Origin: a virus
Lineage: Duplodnaviria > Caudoviricetes
Reading direction: 5' to 3' (one strand)
IMG/VR virus record: IMGVR_UViG_3300043464_002149
Length of the DNA stretch: 64,000 nucleotides
A program made the position numbers and the translations under genes. A model generated the notes under the pieces. It saw only the letters and a program-made list of their open reading frames with translations. It ran no database searches and was not told the DNA's origin. This document shows positions 16,506-26,136 of the stretch, piece after piece. Position 1 is the first letter of the stretch. Every line of letters starts with the position of its first letter.

Positions 16506-17327
16506 ATGAATATGCTTAAATTTAAAAATGTAATTAATGAAATGATGGTTAGTTCCCTTCCTAGTCAAAAATTATTAAGATGGTTTCTAGATAGGGTTGA
16601 TCATACTTTTGTTTTTTTTGATACCGAAACAACTGGTTTGGATAGAAACCCATCTGATAAGCCGATTAACCAGTTGACACAAATTGGCGCCATTGCAACT
16701 CAAATCAATGGTGAAACATTACGTTTTTTTGAGTTGGATAGATTTAATATAAAAATTAAATTAAATGATGATTTGAGGGGCCAAATGCAAGATGAACCAG
16801 ATGCCCCAGAAGATCCTGAAAGCCCTGAATATAAAAAATGGTTGTTTGGTACTAAAAAAGGTATTTTAAAGTATAACCATTATGATTTAGAAAATTCTGA
16901 ATCTTTTGAAGAAGAAAGAGAGGCACTTAAAAAATTCGAAGCATTTTTAAGAAATTATGATAATGTCACTTTAATTGCTCACAACGCACCGTTTGATTTA
17001 AAATGGATAGAATTTCACGAAGCATTTAAGGATAGCACTGACGAAATAATCGATAGTATAGATTTCTTTAGGAATTTTTTCTTCCCAATATTAGGTATGT
17101 TGGCTAGAGACAAAGCTAAATACCAATATAAGTATGATCAATTTAAGTCAACTAGTAATGACAATAAATCAGCAGCACTAGGTAATATCGCAGCCGGATT
17201 TGCAGATGAGGTAAACCAATTAAAAGCAAAATTAAAAGGTGCTCATGATGCTGTTGTCGACTGCGAAATAACCGTGGATGTGCTTGAAAAGGGGTTATTG
17301 ATGGTATATCAACATTTAAATGATTAA
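16506..17327 (+). CDS. DEDDh 3'-5' exonuclease (DnaQ/epsilon-like); true start may be 16512
   Basis: FFDTETTG (ExoI), IAHNAPFD (ExoII), HDAVVDC (ExoIII). Confidence 0.88.
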   Translation: MNMLKFKNVINEMMVSSLPSQKLLRWFLDRVDHTFVFFDTETTGLDRNPSDKPINQLTQIGAIATQINGETLRFFELDRFNIKIKLNDDLRGQMQDEPDAPEDPESPEYKKWLFGTKKGILKYNHYDLENSESFEEEREALKKFEAFLRNYDNVTLIAHNAPFDLKWIEFHEAFKDSTDEIIDSIDFFRNFFFPILGMLARDKAKYQYKYDQFKSTSNDNKSAALGNIAAGFADEVNQLKAKLKGAHDAVVDCEITVDVLEKGLLMVYQHLND

Positions 17328-19657
17328 CTAATCCCTTTTGAAATATAATCAATCGAAGAAACGTTTTCCTCTTTTTTAACCATGATCATGTTATCAGACC
17401 AGTTCCTAATCAATGGATTGTGTGAGATAACAAAGATATGTTCAAAGTAGTTTTTGATTTTTTTAAAGAACTCACCAACCATATCTAAATTCTCATCAGC
17501 AATTTTACCAAAGACTTCATCCATAACAACAATATTTGGTTTAGGTAATGAAGATACTTTAGTAAGAACGCTTCTTAATGCTAATGACGAAATTGTTCTC
17601 TCATAACCAGATCCAGAAGTTAATGGTTTAACAACTCTTGTTTCAGAATCAATCATGAGAAATTCTAATTCGTTTTTATCATTAATGTTTAATTCTAAAT
17701 TGAAGTAGCAGCTATCTGAAAGTAATCTACTTAGTTCTTGATTGATAAGTGGTATCATGTTTTTCAAAATTGTTTTTGAAATACCGTTTTTACCATATGT
17801 CATTAAGTAAACCTTAAACACCCCTTGAAGTTCTTCTTCCGCTTTAATCTTTGTGATTAACTCGTTACAAAGTTTTATCTTTTCCTCCATTGCTGTGATA
17901 TTCATTTTGTTTCTTTCAATTGTATTGTTCGAAACACGTATATCAGCATTAACAGTTTCTAGTTTAGTTCTAAGAGACAATAACTCACCATCTATTTTTT
18001 GATTTTCATCTAACTTCTTTCTGTTATTCTCATAGTTATCTAACTTGGCTTGTTTAAGATTGATTTCTAAATCCTTTTGATCCGCTTCGAGTTCATAACG
18101 AGCCTTTCTAAGTTTGTTTCTCTCATAATTGTCAAACTCAGACTTAAGTGATTCAAACCCGTCTGATTGCTTTTTTAAAGCGTCAAGTTCGGCTTGTTGT
18201 TCATCAGCACCAGAAGATACTTCCTGAATTTCTTTTTTTAATTTTTCAATCTCGTCAGTGTGATCAACTTCATCCAAAGCTCTTTTACAAGTTGGACAAA
18301 TTTTACCCTCTTCTAATTGCTTAACAAGTTTTTCTTTCTCTGTTTTTGTATGTTTAAACGCAACAATTAATGAATAAACATCACCCATTTTCTCCTTCAA
18401 TACTTTGTGATCATCTTCACTATAGTATTGAGAAGGTTCTTTAACATCAATAGCCTCTGCATTTCGTTTGCTAGTTCCTTTTTGTGTCTTTAAATCTTCA
18501 ATTTCACGTTGAAGAGATGTTGGATTAGTTCTAATTAATTCTTGATCAATATCATTTGATCTTAAGCCTAGAATTAATTCTCTCCTGTCTTCTAACTCTT
18601 TTAATTTATTTGCGTAATCAACTAAAAGATTAGTGTGTTCAAAAATATCATCTTTTGAGTTTTCAATACTATTGTTACTTGCTTCAATGTCTGCTTCAAG
18701 TTGTACAATATTATTAGTATTGCTAATTAATTTTCTAGACCAATCGTTATAGATCTCTTTACAGATTTCTTCTTTTTGTTTTAAACTTTCCAAACCTAAA
18801 AACTTAGTAAGGATTTGCCCCCTAGCTGTTGGTTTAGATTCAATCAATTCCTCTAGGTTATAACCTGTAGTAAGAATAGTTGATAAGAAATCTTCTTGAG
18901 TACCAATCGCCGAAGCAATAAAAGTTTCAGTTTCTCTTCTCTGTTCTCCGGTTAGATTTTCTAATTCACCATCTTCCTTTTCTTTATAGAATTCTAAATC
19001 ACTTTTAACAGTGTACTCACCAGATCTTGATTTCTTTCTAGTCAGTGTTCTAGATATCACATAGTTTTCACCATCGATTGTGATGTAACCTTTTACAATT
19101 ACTTCATCATCGTCAGTAAACTTATTAAAAATCTCCCCATTGGTTTTTGTTTTAGTTGTTGCATTGAAGAACAAAAACATTAATAGATCAACACTAGATG
19201 TTGACTTACCACCAAAATTTCTAGGATTAGATTCAATAACAGTAATACCATTCAATTCCGTAAAGTCGATTGAATTGTCTTTACCAAAAGAAAGAAAATT
19301 AGAAAATTCTACTTTTTTGATAAACCATTTGTTGTATCTTACTTTATTCTCATTGATCTTATCGATTTGAGAATTAACACGATTATCTAACCTATCCAAT
19401 AATTCCCATTTGATATTGACTTTGTTTTCACTTAAGAAATCCTTCATCAATGTTTTCTGGTACTGGTGGTCCAATATGTTGTCAGTAACTTCTAGAGTCT
19501 TAAGCTTGGTATTCTGTTTTTGACTAAGCGTTTTTGTAATAACCTGTACATGTGTTGCATTATACTTGTTTTGAAAGTATGTTTTAACACGTTTAATTCT
19601 TTCAGGGGTGAAGTTTTCTGCAACGTCTTCCCACTCAACTTTAATAAAAGGATTCAT
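17324..19657 (-). CDS. sbcC: SbcC/Rad50/gp46-like recombination ATPase with ~110-aa N-terminal extension
   Basis: FSNFLSFG, Walker A NFGGKST, coiled-coil with CPTC zinc hook, signature GSGYE, Walker B VMDEVFG, VISH. Confidence 0.9.
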   Translation of the reverse strand: MNPFIKVEWEDVAENFTPERIKRVKTYFQNKYNATHVQVITKTLSQKQNTKLKTLEVTDNILDHQYQKTLMKDFLSENKVNIKWELLDRLDNRVNSQIDKINENKVRYNKWFIKKVEFSNFLSFGKDNSIDFTELNGITVIESNPRNFGGKSTSSVDLLMFLFFNATTKTKTNGEIFNKFTDDDEVIVKGYITIDGENYVISRTLTRKKSRSGEYTVKSDLEFYKEKEDGELENLTGEQRRETETFIASAIGTQEDFLSTILTTGYNLEELIESKPTARGQILTKFLGLESLKQKEEICKEIYNDWSRKLISNTNNIVQLEADIEASNNSIENSKDDIFEHTNLLVDYANKLKELEDRRELILGLRSNDIDQELIRTNPTSLQREIEDLKTQKGTSKRNAEAIDVKEPSQYYSEDDHKVLKEKMGDVYSLIVAFKHTKTEKEKLVKQLEEGKICPTCKRALDEVDHTDEIEKLKKEIQEVSSGADEQQAELDALKKQSDGFESLKSEFDNYERNKLRKARYELEADQKDLEINLKQAKLDNYENNRKKLDENQKIDGELLSLRTKLETVNADIRVSNNTIERNKMNITAMEEKIKLCNELITKIKAEEELQGVFKVYLMTYGKNGISKTILKNMIPLINQELSRLLSDSCYFNLELNINDKNELEFLMIDSETRVVKPLTSGSGYERTISSLALRSVLTKVSSLPKPNIVVMDEVFGKIADENLDMVGEFFKKIKNYFEHIFVISHNPLIRNWSDNMIMVKKEENVSSIDYISKGIS

Positions 19658-19702
19658 ATCTGTTAAAGATAATTGTTTTAACTTGAAATTAAAAATTTTT
19701 TC

Positions 19703-20017
19703 TTACTTAATTCGGCTTTCTTCAAAGAATTCAACGACACCGTTGATTGCCCAAACAACACCACATGTAAACACACCATCAAAAAAGATAGCAGGTAACC
19801 AGTGAATGTCCAGAATTAGTTCAGATGGTCCACTTAAACATATGGATAAGAAAAACCCAACCCATGTTGAAGTACACATCATGCAACCTATTAATTCGCC
19901 AAAGAACTTGGAATTTCTTTTGATCCACTCTCTTGGTGTTTCAAAGATCGATCCGTAAACTAAAATTGTTGACATCCCATATCCCATGAATGCCCATAAA
20001 AATAACATTGCTCCCAT
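19703..20017 (-). CDS. DUF1360-like small membrane protein
   Basis: GELIGCMMCTSTWVG resembles the G.LlsCpwCt.vW motif; hydrophobic. Confidence 0.6.
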   Translation of the reverse strand: MGAMLFLWAFMGYGMSTILVYGSIFETPREWIKRNSKFFGELIGCMMCTSTWVGFFLSICLSGPSELILDIHWLPAIFFDGVFTCGVVWAINGVVEFFEESRIK

Positions 20018-20028
20018 AATTTTAAATT

Positions 20029-20529
20029 TTATTCATCATATAGATTATTCAAATCACTACCTTTTAGATATTTTGCTTTATTCATTTTTTCTAAAGCATT
20101 TGTTATCTGGGATAGTTCATTTTTTAATTTTTCATTTTCTTCTTTTATTGTTTTAAGCTCCTCGTCATTAATGATTATTTTTTCAACAGGTACTTCTTTT
20201 ATCACCTCTTTAATAATCACTTGTTTTTCTCCTTTGACTTCAACCGGAACTTCCTTGATTACTTCTACAATCCTTTCAACTGGAACTTCTTTTATTACTT
20301 CAACAGTTTTAATAACCTCAACAATCTTTTCTACCGGTATTTCTTTTATAACCTCCTTGATTACTTCAACATCTCTACCCTTGGCTGTTGTTGGTGTCTC
20401 ACCATATTTTTCAATAGTGAAACCTCTTTGAAATATTTTTTTAGCAGTCCCTTCAATATCACTAATCTGATTTATTTCACAATATTTTATGAATTCATCA
20501 TCCAGCGTTAACGAGTTCTTCTTTTTCAT
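20029..20529 (-). CDS. Protein with tandem (K/V)EVPVEKI-type repeats and C-terminal coiled-coil
   Basis: EVIKEIPVEKIVEVIK, EVIKEVPVERIVEVIKEVPVE, EVIKEVPVEKII. Confidence 0.65.
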   Translation of the reverse strand: MKKKNSLTLDDEFIKYCEINQISDIEGTAKKIFQRGFTIEKYGETPTTAKGRDVEVIKEVIKEIPVEKIVEVIKTVEVIKEVPVERIVEVIKEVPVEVKGEKQVIIKEVIKEVPVEKIIINDEELKTIKEENEKLKNELSQITNALEKMNKAKYLKGSDLNNLYDE

Positions 20530-21313
20530 CTTGGATGTTGTTTATATCTGAAATTGTGAAATGCATGTATGGCTGATTATTAGGTAAATCGAAGAAATCA
20601 TATTTTTTACTTTCCATGTCATAGATACCATAACCATGATGTTTAACGGTCTCACCAAAATTCTGTTGAATCAATGAGCCTACCATACTAGCTAAACCTC
20701 CTCCAGGTAATTTAAATGTTTGTCTTTTGTGAATATCACCACATAGAAGTAAATCTAAACCAACAAAATTTAAACGATCATAACCATCTTCGAATTTAAA
20801 ACCAAGATCCGTTGACATACCTTGAATAGCTCCGTGAAATAAACCAACTTTAAATTTACCATCAGCTTTAAAATCTGGTCTCTCATTATGTTGATATAAT
20901 GAGTAGACTACCCAGTCAATATTCTCGTCAGAGTAAACCCCTTTGTCTTTATAATAAACAATATTATCATTGTTCAATAATTCAACAACAGGTGTTATAC
21001 TATCCAATCTCTGAACGTTATTTTCTAAGAAGTCATGGTTACCAGGGATGATAACAACTTTACCATAATTGGTTAATTCTCTCAAAAACCAACTAGTTAA
21101 AAGAAGTTGCTCATTCGAGATATTAATTTTTTGATGCGCGATATCACCCGCAATAACAATTCTAATTTCGTTGTGCGATATACCTTCATCTGCCCATTCT
21201 AAAAATTTAACACCGATTTCTTTCAACAATTTTTCAAACTGTTCTTTATACAAATCATGCAACTGAATTGTACGAATATGAAGATCAGCAATGTGTATTA
21301 TTTTCTTTATCAT
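20498..21313 (-). CDS. sbcD: SbcD/Mre11/gp47-like metallophosphoesterase nuclease
   Basis: HIADLH, IAGDIAH, PGNHD, FHG, GDIHKRQ, GSLIQQNFGE. Confidence 0.9.
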   Translation of the reverse strand: MIKKIIHIADLHIRTIQLHDLYKEQFEKLLKEIGVKFLEWADEGISHNEIRIVIAGDIAHQKINISNEQLLLTSWFLRELTNYGKVVIIPGNHDFLENNVQRLDSITPVVELLNNDNIVYYKDKGVYSDENIDWVVYSLYQHNERPDFKADGKFKVGLFHGAIQGMSTDLGFKFEDGYDRLNFVGLDLLLCGDIHKRQTFKLPGGGLASMVGSLIQQNFGETVKHHGYGIYDMESKKYDFFDLPNNQPYMHFTISDINNIQDEKEELVNAG

Positions 21314-22077
21314 TATGCAACATATTTAAACATATCCTCAATTTCTTTACGCATATCAGCACACTTAAAAACTTTATAAGTGTCATTACCTTCAAATAAC
21401 CAAACAAAATATAAATCACCAATTTTTAAGTTAGTGTTTTTCTCAATAATATATTTGTATAGACTGGTTTGAAGACTGTATGTATTATATTCACATTCAT
21501 CTAAATGTGAAATTGGTCTTTTAAATCTATTACCAAAATCACTCTTGGTATTGATCGCTTTATTTGTTTTCCAATCCCATATTTGAATTTGGTTGGTTTT
21601 TTTATTCCAAAATAATTGGTCAATCATACCACAGATACCCAACTCTTCATCACCAATAACAAATTCACTTTTTAAAGGAATTAAGTTTGCTTTACTATCG
21701 TTATAAAAATTATCAAATAATTTAACACATTTATCATATGCCGGTTTAACAATGTCTTCACCAAAACGATTAACCGCAATTGATGGATCGTATGGAAATA
21801 TTTTATTATTCCAGTGGTTTTCAGCATAATCGTGAACAGCACTACCTTTAATTGTACTGTAATCTCTTTTGTGATCCCATTCTGCTAACACTTCTTCTTT
21901 AATCAATCCGTGTTTGTTCGCATACTTTGTAGCCTGACCATCACTGTCAAATTTGTTTTTAAATTTTCCAATAAATGTTGTTGCTGATGTCAAAAGTTTG
22001 TCACCAATATAATAATGGTGTGGTTCATCATGATACTTGATGTGATCAAACTTGTTTAATTCTAATAGTAATTCCAT
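21313..22077 (-). CDS. PD-(D/E)XK (RecB-like) exonuclease
   Basis: GSAVH, GICGMIDQL, IWDWKT, YSLQTSLY. Confidence 0.82.
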   Translation of the reverse strand: MELLLELNKFDHIKYHDEPHHYYIGDKLLTSATTFIGKFKNKFDSDGQATKYANKHGLIKEEVLAEWDHKRDYSTIKGSAVHDYAENHWNNKIFPYDPSIAVNRFGEDIVKPAYDKCVKLFDNFYNDSKANLIPLKSEFVIGDEELGICGMIDQLFWNKKTNQIQIWDWKTNKAINTKSDFGNRFKRPISHLDECEYNTYSLQTSLYKYIIEKNTNLKIGDLYFVWLFEGNDTYKVFKCADMRKEIEDMFKYVA

Positions 22078-22078
22078 A

Positions 22079-23017
22079 TTAATCTAATTGTATTTTTTCT
22101 AAATTCTGAAAATCACCTTTTAAATCTGCGATATCTTTATCCATTGGCATTTTAACAACCCAAACTTTTAAAAATAACTTACCAGTATTTAACTTATGAT
22201 ATAATTTTTGTGCATCTTCCCACGCATCTCCATCTAAAACAATCACAATTTCTTTTGCGTTTGCATATAATTTAGAGTAAAGAAATTCACCCATAACTTT
22301 ACCAAGCATCGCAATAGAGTTGTCAACAAAAATACTATCAAAAGCACCTTCAACCAAATAAACTGTTTTGTTCCAATCTATTAATTGTTCATTAAAGATG
22401 ATAGTTTCTTTTTGTACATCTGGGTTCTTATACTTCATCTTAGTTTTTGTTAAATAAGATCTTGCAATGAAGTAATTTAATTTACCATTTATATCATATG
22501 ATGGAATAATAATCCTATTAGCGAATAATCCATCAAATGCGAATCCAATATTATGTTTTTTTAACATATCATCGGTGATGTTTCGACTTTTTATGTACGA
22601 ATATGCCTGTCTATAGTGATGTGTTAGTTTCAAACCCATACTAGGATTTAAAAATGGGATGAATTCTTTTGGAAGATTGGCAATTTTTGTCACTTTTTGT
22701 GTTTGCTCAACATCTTCTGGGCGCATCAGTTCATAAAATTGTAACTGTTTCTTTGTCCCATATCTTTTTACAAGCCTGTGTAAATTGCCGTGAGTATCAT
22801 GTGTTTCCCCACATGACCAACACTTGTATACCCCAATTCTATAATTAATTTCAAGGTTTCCTTTGCCGTCCCCCTCATCTAAACCCTTGATTTCGTGAGA
22901 ACAAACGGGGCAATCAAAGGATATTTGACCTTTGTAGTCGTTGTGCATTTTGTAGTTACCAAGAATATCTTCTAGTAACTCGACAATTTGTTCGAAATCG
23001 GTGTTTATTGTAGTCAT
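22079..23017 (-). CDS. DnaG-type primase (Zn finger + TOPRIM); start revised to 23017
   Basis: CPVC...CWSC zinc-binding domain, RIIIP, VYLVEGAFD, LDGDA. Confidence 0.88.
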   Translation of the reverse strand: MTTINTDFEQIVELLEDILGNYKMHNDYKGQISFDCPVCSHEIKGLDEGDGKGNLEINYRIGVYKCWSCGETHDTHGNLHRLVKRYGTKKQLQFYELMRPEDVEQTQKVTKIANLPKEFIPFLNPSMGLKLTHHYRQAYSYIKSRNITDDMLKKHNIGFAFDGLFANRIIIPSYDINGKLNYFIARSYLTKTKMKYKNPDVQKETIIFNEQLIDWNKTVYLVEGAFDSIFVDNSIAMLGKVMGEFLYSKLYANAKEIVIVLDGDAWEDAQKLYHKLNTGKLFLKVWVVKMPMDKDIADLKGDFQNLEKIQLD

Positions 23018-23044
23018 ATGGTAAATATAAATAAAAAAAACCAT

Positions 23045-23120
23045 AAAAAAAAATCCCCGAAGACACCACTCTCCGGGGAACCAACCAAAATGTAAATAAA
23101 TTTACATTCCCGCCTACATT
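23045..23120 (-). ncRNA. Candidate stand-alone small RNA (~70-75 nt)
   Basis: Promoter TTGATA-N17-TATATT (23153-23125), hairpin AATGTAAAT-TT-ATTTACATT, 9-bp terminator 23078-23055 + T9; no ORF. Confidence 0.5.
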
Positions 23121-23149
23121 ATTAAATATAATATAAAAAAGACTTTTTA

Positions 23150-23353
23150 TCAAACATTAGTTGCCATTTTTTCTTTAGTCTTCTTTTCTTTCACAATACC
23201 GATTGGATAATAAGCTACATTATCGATAGAAATTGAGCTTATTTTGTTACCAGTGTTTTGATTTGTAACATTAATTCTTTTAGTAATACTTGTATCATAG
23301 ATCACACCTTCTAATACAACTTTTCCGTCAGCCATTCTTTTTACTTTTTTCAT
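23150..23353 (-). CDS. Hypothetical protein
   Basis: 67-aa ORF 3 nt after ruvC stop. Confidence 0.55.
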   Translation of the reverse strand: MKKVKRMADGKVVLEGVIYDTSITKRINVTNQNTGNKISSISIDNVAYYPIGIVKEKKTKEKMATNV

Positions 23354-23356
23354 TTT

Positions 23357-23959
23357 TTAATCGTTTTCTTTTAACATGTTTATATAACCAATAACAGCTG
23401 TCGCAGCATCTGCCATATCATAGTTCTCTTTTTTTAAACTTCCTGTTTTACCATACAACCAAGTAACTTCAGTACAAACCGCATTCACGTGTTCCCAAAT
23501 AACATGCTTCTTATCAATATCTTTCGGATAACCACCGAATAAAACATTTTTACCCTTACCATTATCACCAACTAAATCAGGGAATGCAAATTTTCTTGCA
23601 TTGTATGTTGAAATAAAAGTAGGGACAATACCTAACACATCATAAACAGCCTTACAAATCATTGTATTATAACGAAGTAGCGTTCCGACAGTGTAAACAT
23701 TATTAGAATTTAATAAAGGTTCTTCAATAATGACTTTAACAATACCTAGATTTTTGTATTCTTCTAGGTGGTTTTTAAACGCATCCGCCTTTTTCATCAA
23801 TTCCTCTAATTTGTCTTCTGGTTGTGGTTTTACCTTTGGTGAAAAATGAGTTAATTCCAATAATTTTTTACCAGTTAGGTCAAATATTGCCCAACCAATT
23901 GTCTTGGTTGAAATATCTAAACCAAGAATTTTCGATTTGTTTTTGAATTTAAGATCCAT
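23357..23959 (-). CDS. ruvC: RuvC-like Holliday junction resolvase
   Basis: ILGLDISTKTIGWAIFD, VIIEE, DMADA. Confidence 0.82.
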   Translation of the reverse strand: MDLKFKNKSKILGLDISTKTIGWAIFDLTGKKLLELTHFSPKVKPQPEDKLEELMKKADAFKNHLEEYKNLGIVKVIIEEPLLNSNNVYTVGTLLRYNTMICKAVYDVLGIVPTFISTYNARKFAFPDLVGDNGKGKNVLFGGYPKDIDKKHVIWEHVNAVCTEVTWLYGKTGSLKKENYDMADAATAVIGYINMLKEND

Positions 23960-23966
23960 AAAACAA

Positions 23967-23995
23967 ATTATAAGGAAAAATAAAATTATTGTAAA
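23967..23995 (-). promoter_or_regulatory. Near-consensus sigma70 promoter upstream of ruvC
   Basis: TTTACA-N17-TATAAT. Confidence 0.7.
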
Positions 23996-23999
23996 CCCT

Positions 24000-26114
24000 T
24001 TAGAAGTCTATTCTAACAGAAAACACCTGATTACCCGTTCTTTCTAGTGGTTTTGCTAATTTACCGCTAACTAGAGGCTCTTTATTTTCATTTAATAAAG
24101 CAATCTCTGTTATTCTTTTTGGTAAACCAGTCACATAAGTTGGGTTTTGTGTTGTTAAAAACTGAGTTCCTGGTAAATTCACCATAAAGTTCATAACTTC
24201 AACATCAGTTGCTCTTGTTAATTGAATCGCGCCTGGAAATGGTTGTGAATCCCCAAATTGTGGTAATGTTGGTTGATCAACATTAGGTAATGCTCCAAGA
24301 TATGTTTCAATATCATATGGAGATGCTGTGTTGTACATATCACCAGTTATAACAAATTGATACCCACACATATTTGTTTTAGATATTAAATTACCTACAG
24401 TATGACCAGATATTTGAGATGTTAAATCAATTATCTTCCACCCGTCAGAAGAAGGTTGGTTTCCTGTTTGAACAACTTGTACTAATGCATAAAACTTATT
24501 TGCAGTAAATCCAGTAAAATATGATGAGTCGCTTAAAAATCTAAAATCACCTGTTTCAAATCTAAATCCAATATTTGAATTTGTTGTTCCTGTAATTTCA
24601 CCATAGTAATTGCAATGCATACCATTTCTATATGTGTCTCCAGTAAATTGGAACATGTATGTAACCCAAGCTGTTTGGCCTGTTAATACAACCGGATCTA
24701 AATCATAAAACGTTGGTAAGTCAACTGGTACTGTATTAAATCTTGGTGCTGGTAATGTATATTTTCTATTTGATTTATATTCAAGTACTGCAACTAATTC
24801 TTGGTCATCAAACACAACAATTTTTTTATCTACAAATACTTTACCTACACGAACACCTTGTTCATCTAATAAAAATCTAAACTTAAGATTATTACTATTT
24901 GGTTTTGTATTTTTTGTTGATGAAACATAATAGTCTGTTGTATCCATTACAAACTTTGCTCCGATTGTTGTGCCAGTATTTCTATGGTAGAATACAAATG
25001 GAATATAAACTTCAAAATGATTTATATCTGAAACTAATTCATCTGGATCATATGTATAATATTCGTCAGTTGAACTACTACCGATATAATCATCATATTT
25101 AAAAAATCTTTCAGGGTCATTGACAATGTCCCCCAATTCTGAATAATGAATTACCGCAATACATCTTTGATTTACTGGTTTTACATCAACTCTTTCACCA
25201 AATGAATTTGTGTATGATGTTGGATTGGTTATTGTACCTCCTGTTAAATTAGTAAATGTTTGTCCTGAATTAGATGTATACCCTAGATATTCTTTTAATG
25301 ACGCAAATTGTGTACCAGTATATCCACTAAGTGTTTCATCTAATGTACCACCACCCACATCCATACCTGCTGGTCTTTGTGTCCAAATTGTTTCTAATGT
25401 CCAAGGATCATGTTGTGCTAAATTATCAACCGGTAATGGTGAACACACACTTGAACCTGCTGGTGCTTCTGGATATTCTAAACCACATTTATTACAAACA
25501 ACTTGTGCATAGCCAGATTGTGTAGATAAATTTGGCATTGGTCTATCAAAAGTTAATTCTGTTGCACCAACATTTGTTATTTTATAAACTAAACTTTGTG
25601 AAACACCACTGATTACATAATTTTCACTTACAAATTGATTTTTAAAAACTATCGTTACAAATTGACATTGTGAAAAACCTGTTGCGTTAGGTACAGATAA
25701 AATATTAGTACCATCAACTTCAGATAAAGCTATTTCTTTTACTAAACATTCAACAGTTGTACCAGTACATGGACTAGCATTATATGGTTTATAATTTGAA
25801 ACAAATCCAGCTGGACCCATTGCATTTTTTAATGTTGTTGTAATAGATTGTTCGATCGCATTACCATAATTAATTGTATCGTTAGCCGCTAATAGATATG
25901 GGTATTTAATATGTTGATCACCATCCATTGGTGATAATACTCTTTGTCTTGGGGTTGAGCCTGTTCCTGTAAATCCACTAAATGCGTAATCAAATTCAGA
26001 ATCACCTACCTGAAAATATTTTATTACGAAATTACCTTCGGCAATAGATTTTCTACCCTTTCTGGTTATCCTTGCGGATAAAAACTCTGAATTATTACTA
26101 TTTAAAAAGCTCAT
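24000..26114 (-). CDS. Virion/baseplate-fibre attachment protein
   Basis: N-terminal ITRKGRKSIAEG...FQVGDSE and C-terminal ITEIALLNENKEPLVSGKL resemble two halves of tail-collar (P2 gpH N-terminal-like) fold. Confidence 0.55.
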   Translation of the reverse strand: MSFLNSNNSEFLSARITRKGRKSIAEGNFVIKYFQVGDSEFDYAFSGFTGTGSTPRQRVLSPMDGDQHIKYPYLLAANDTINYGNAIEQSITTTLKNAMGPAGFVSNYKPYNASPCTGTTVECLVKEIALSEVDGTNILSVPNATGFSQCQFVTIVFKNQFVSENYVISGVSQSLVYKITNVGATELTFDRPMPNLSTQSGYAQVVCNKCGLEYPEAPAGSSVCSPLPVDNLAQHDPWTLETIWTQRPAGMDVGGGTLDETLSGYTGTQFASLKEYLGYTSNSGQTFTNLTGGTITNPTSYTNSFGERVDVKPVNQRCIAVIHYSELGDIVNDPERFFKYDDYIGSSSTDEYYTYDPDELVSDINHFEVYIPFVFYHRNTGTTIGAKFVMDTTDYYVSSTKNTKPNSNNLKFRFLLDEQGVRVGKVFVDKKIVVFDDQELVAVLEYKSNRKYTLPAPRFNTVPVDLPTFYDLDPVVLTGQTAWVTYMFQFTGDTYRNGMHCNYYGEITGTTNSNIGFRFETGDFRFLSDSSYFTGFTANKFYALVQVVQTGNQPSSDGWKIIDLTSQISGHTVGNLISKTNMCGYQFVITGDMYNTASPYDIETYLGALPNVDQPTLPQFGDSQPFPGAIQLTRATDVEVMNFMVNLPGTQFLTTQNPTYVTGLPKRITEIALLNENKEPLVSGKLAKPLERTGNQVFSVRIDF

Positions 26115-26136
26115 ATCTTTGTATTAATCTTTTATA

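Noticed and set aside
22956-23153. 65-aa ORF in track
   Set aside because: Runs across a promoter, terminator and the primase start; composition is not protein-like.
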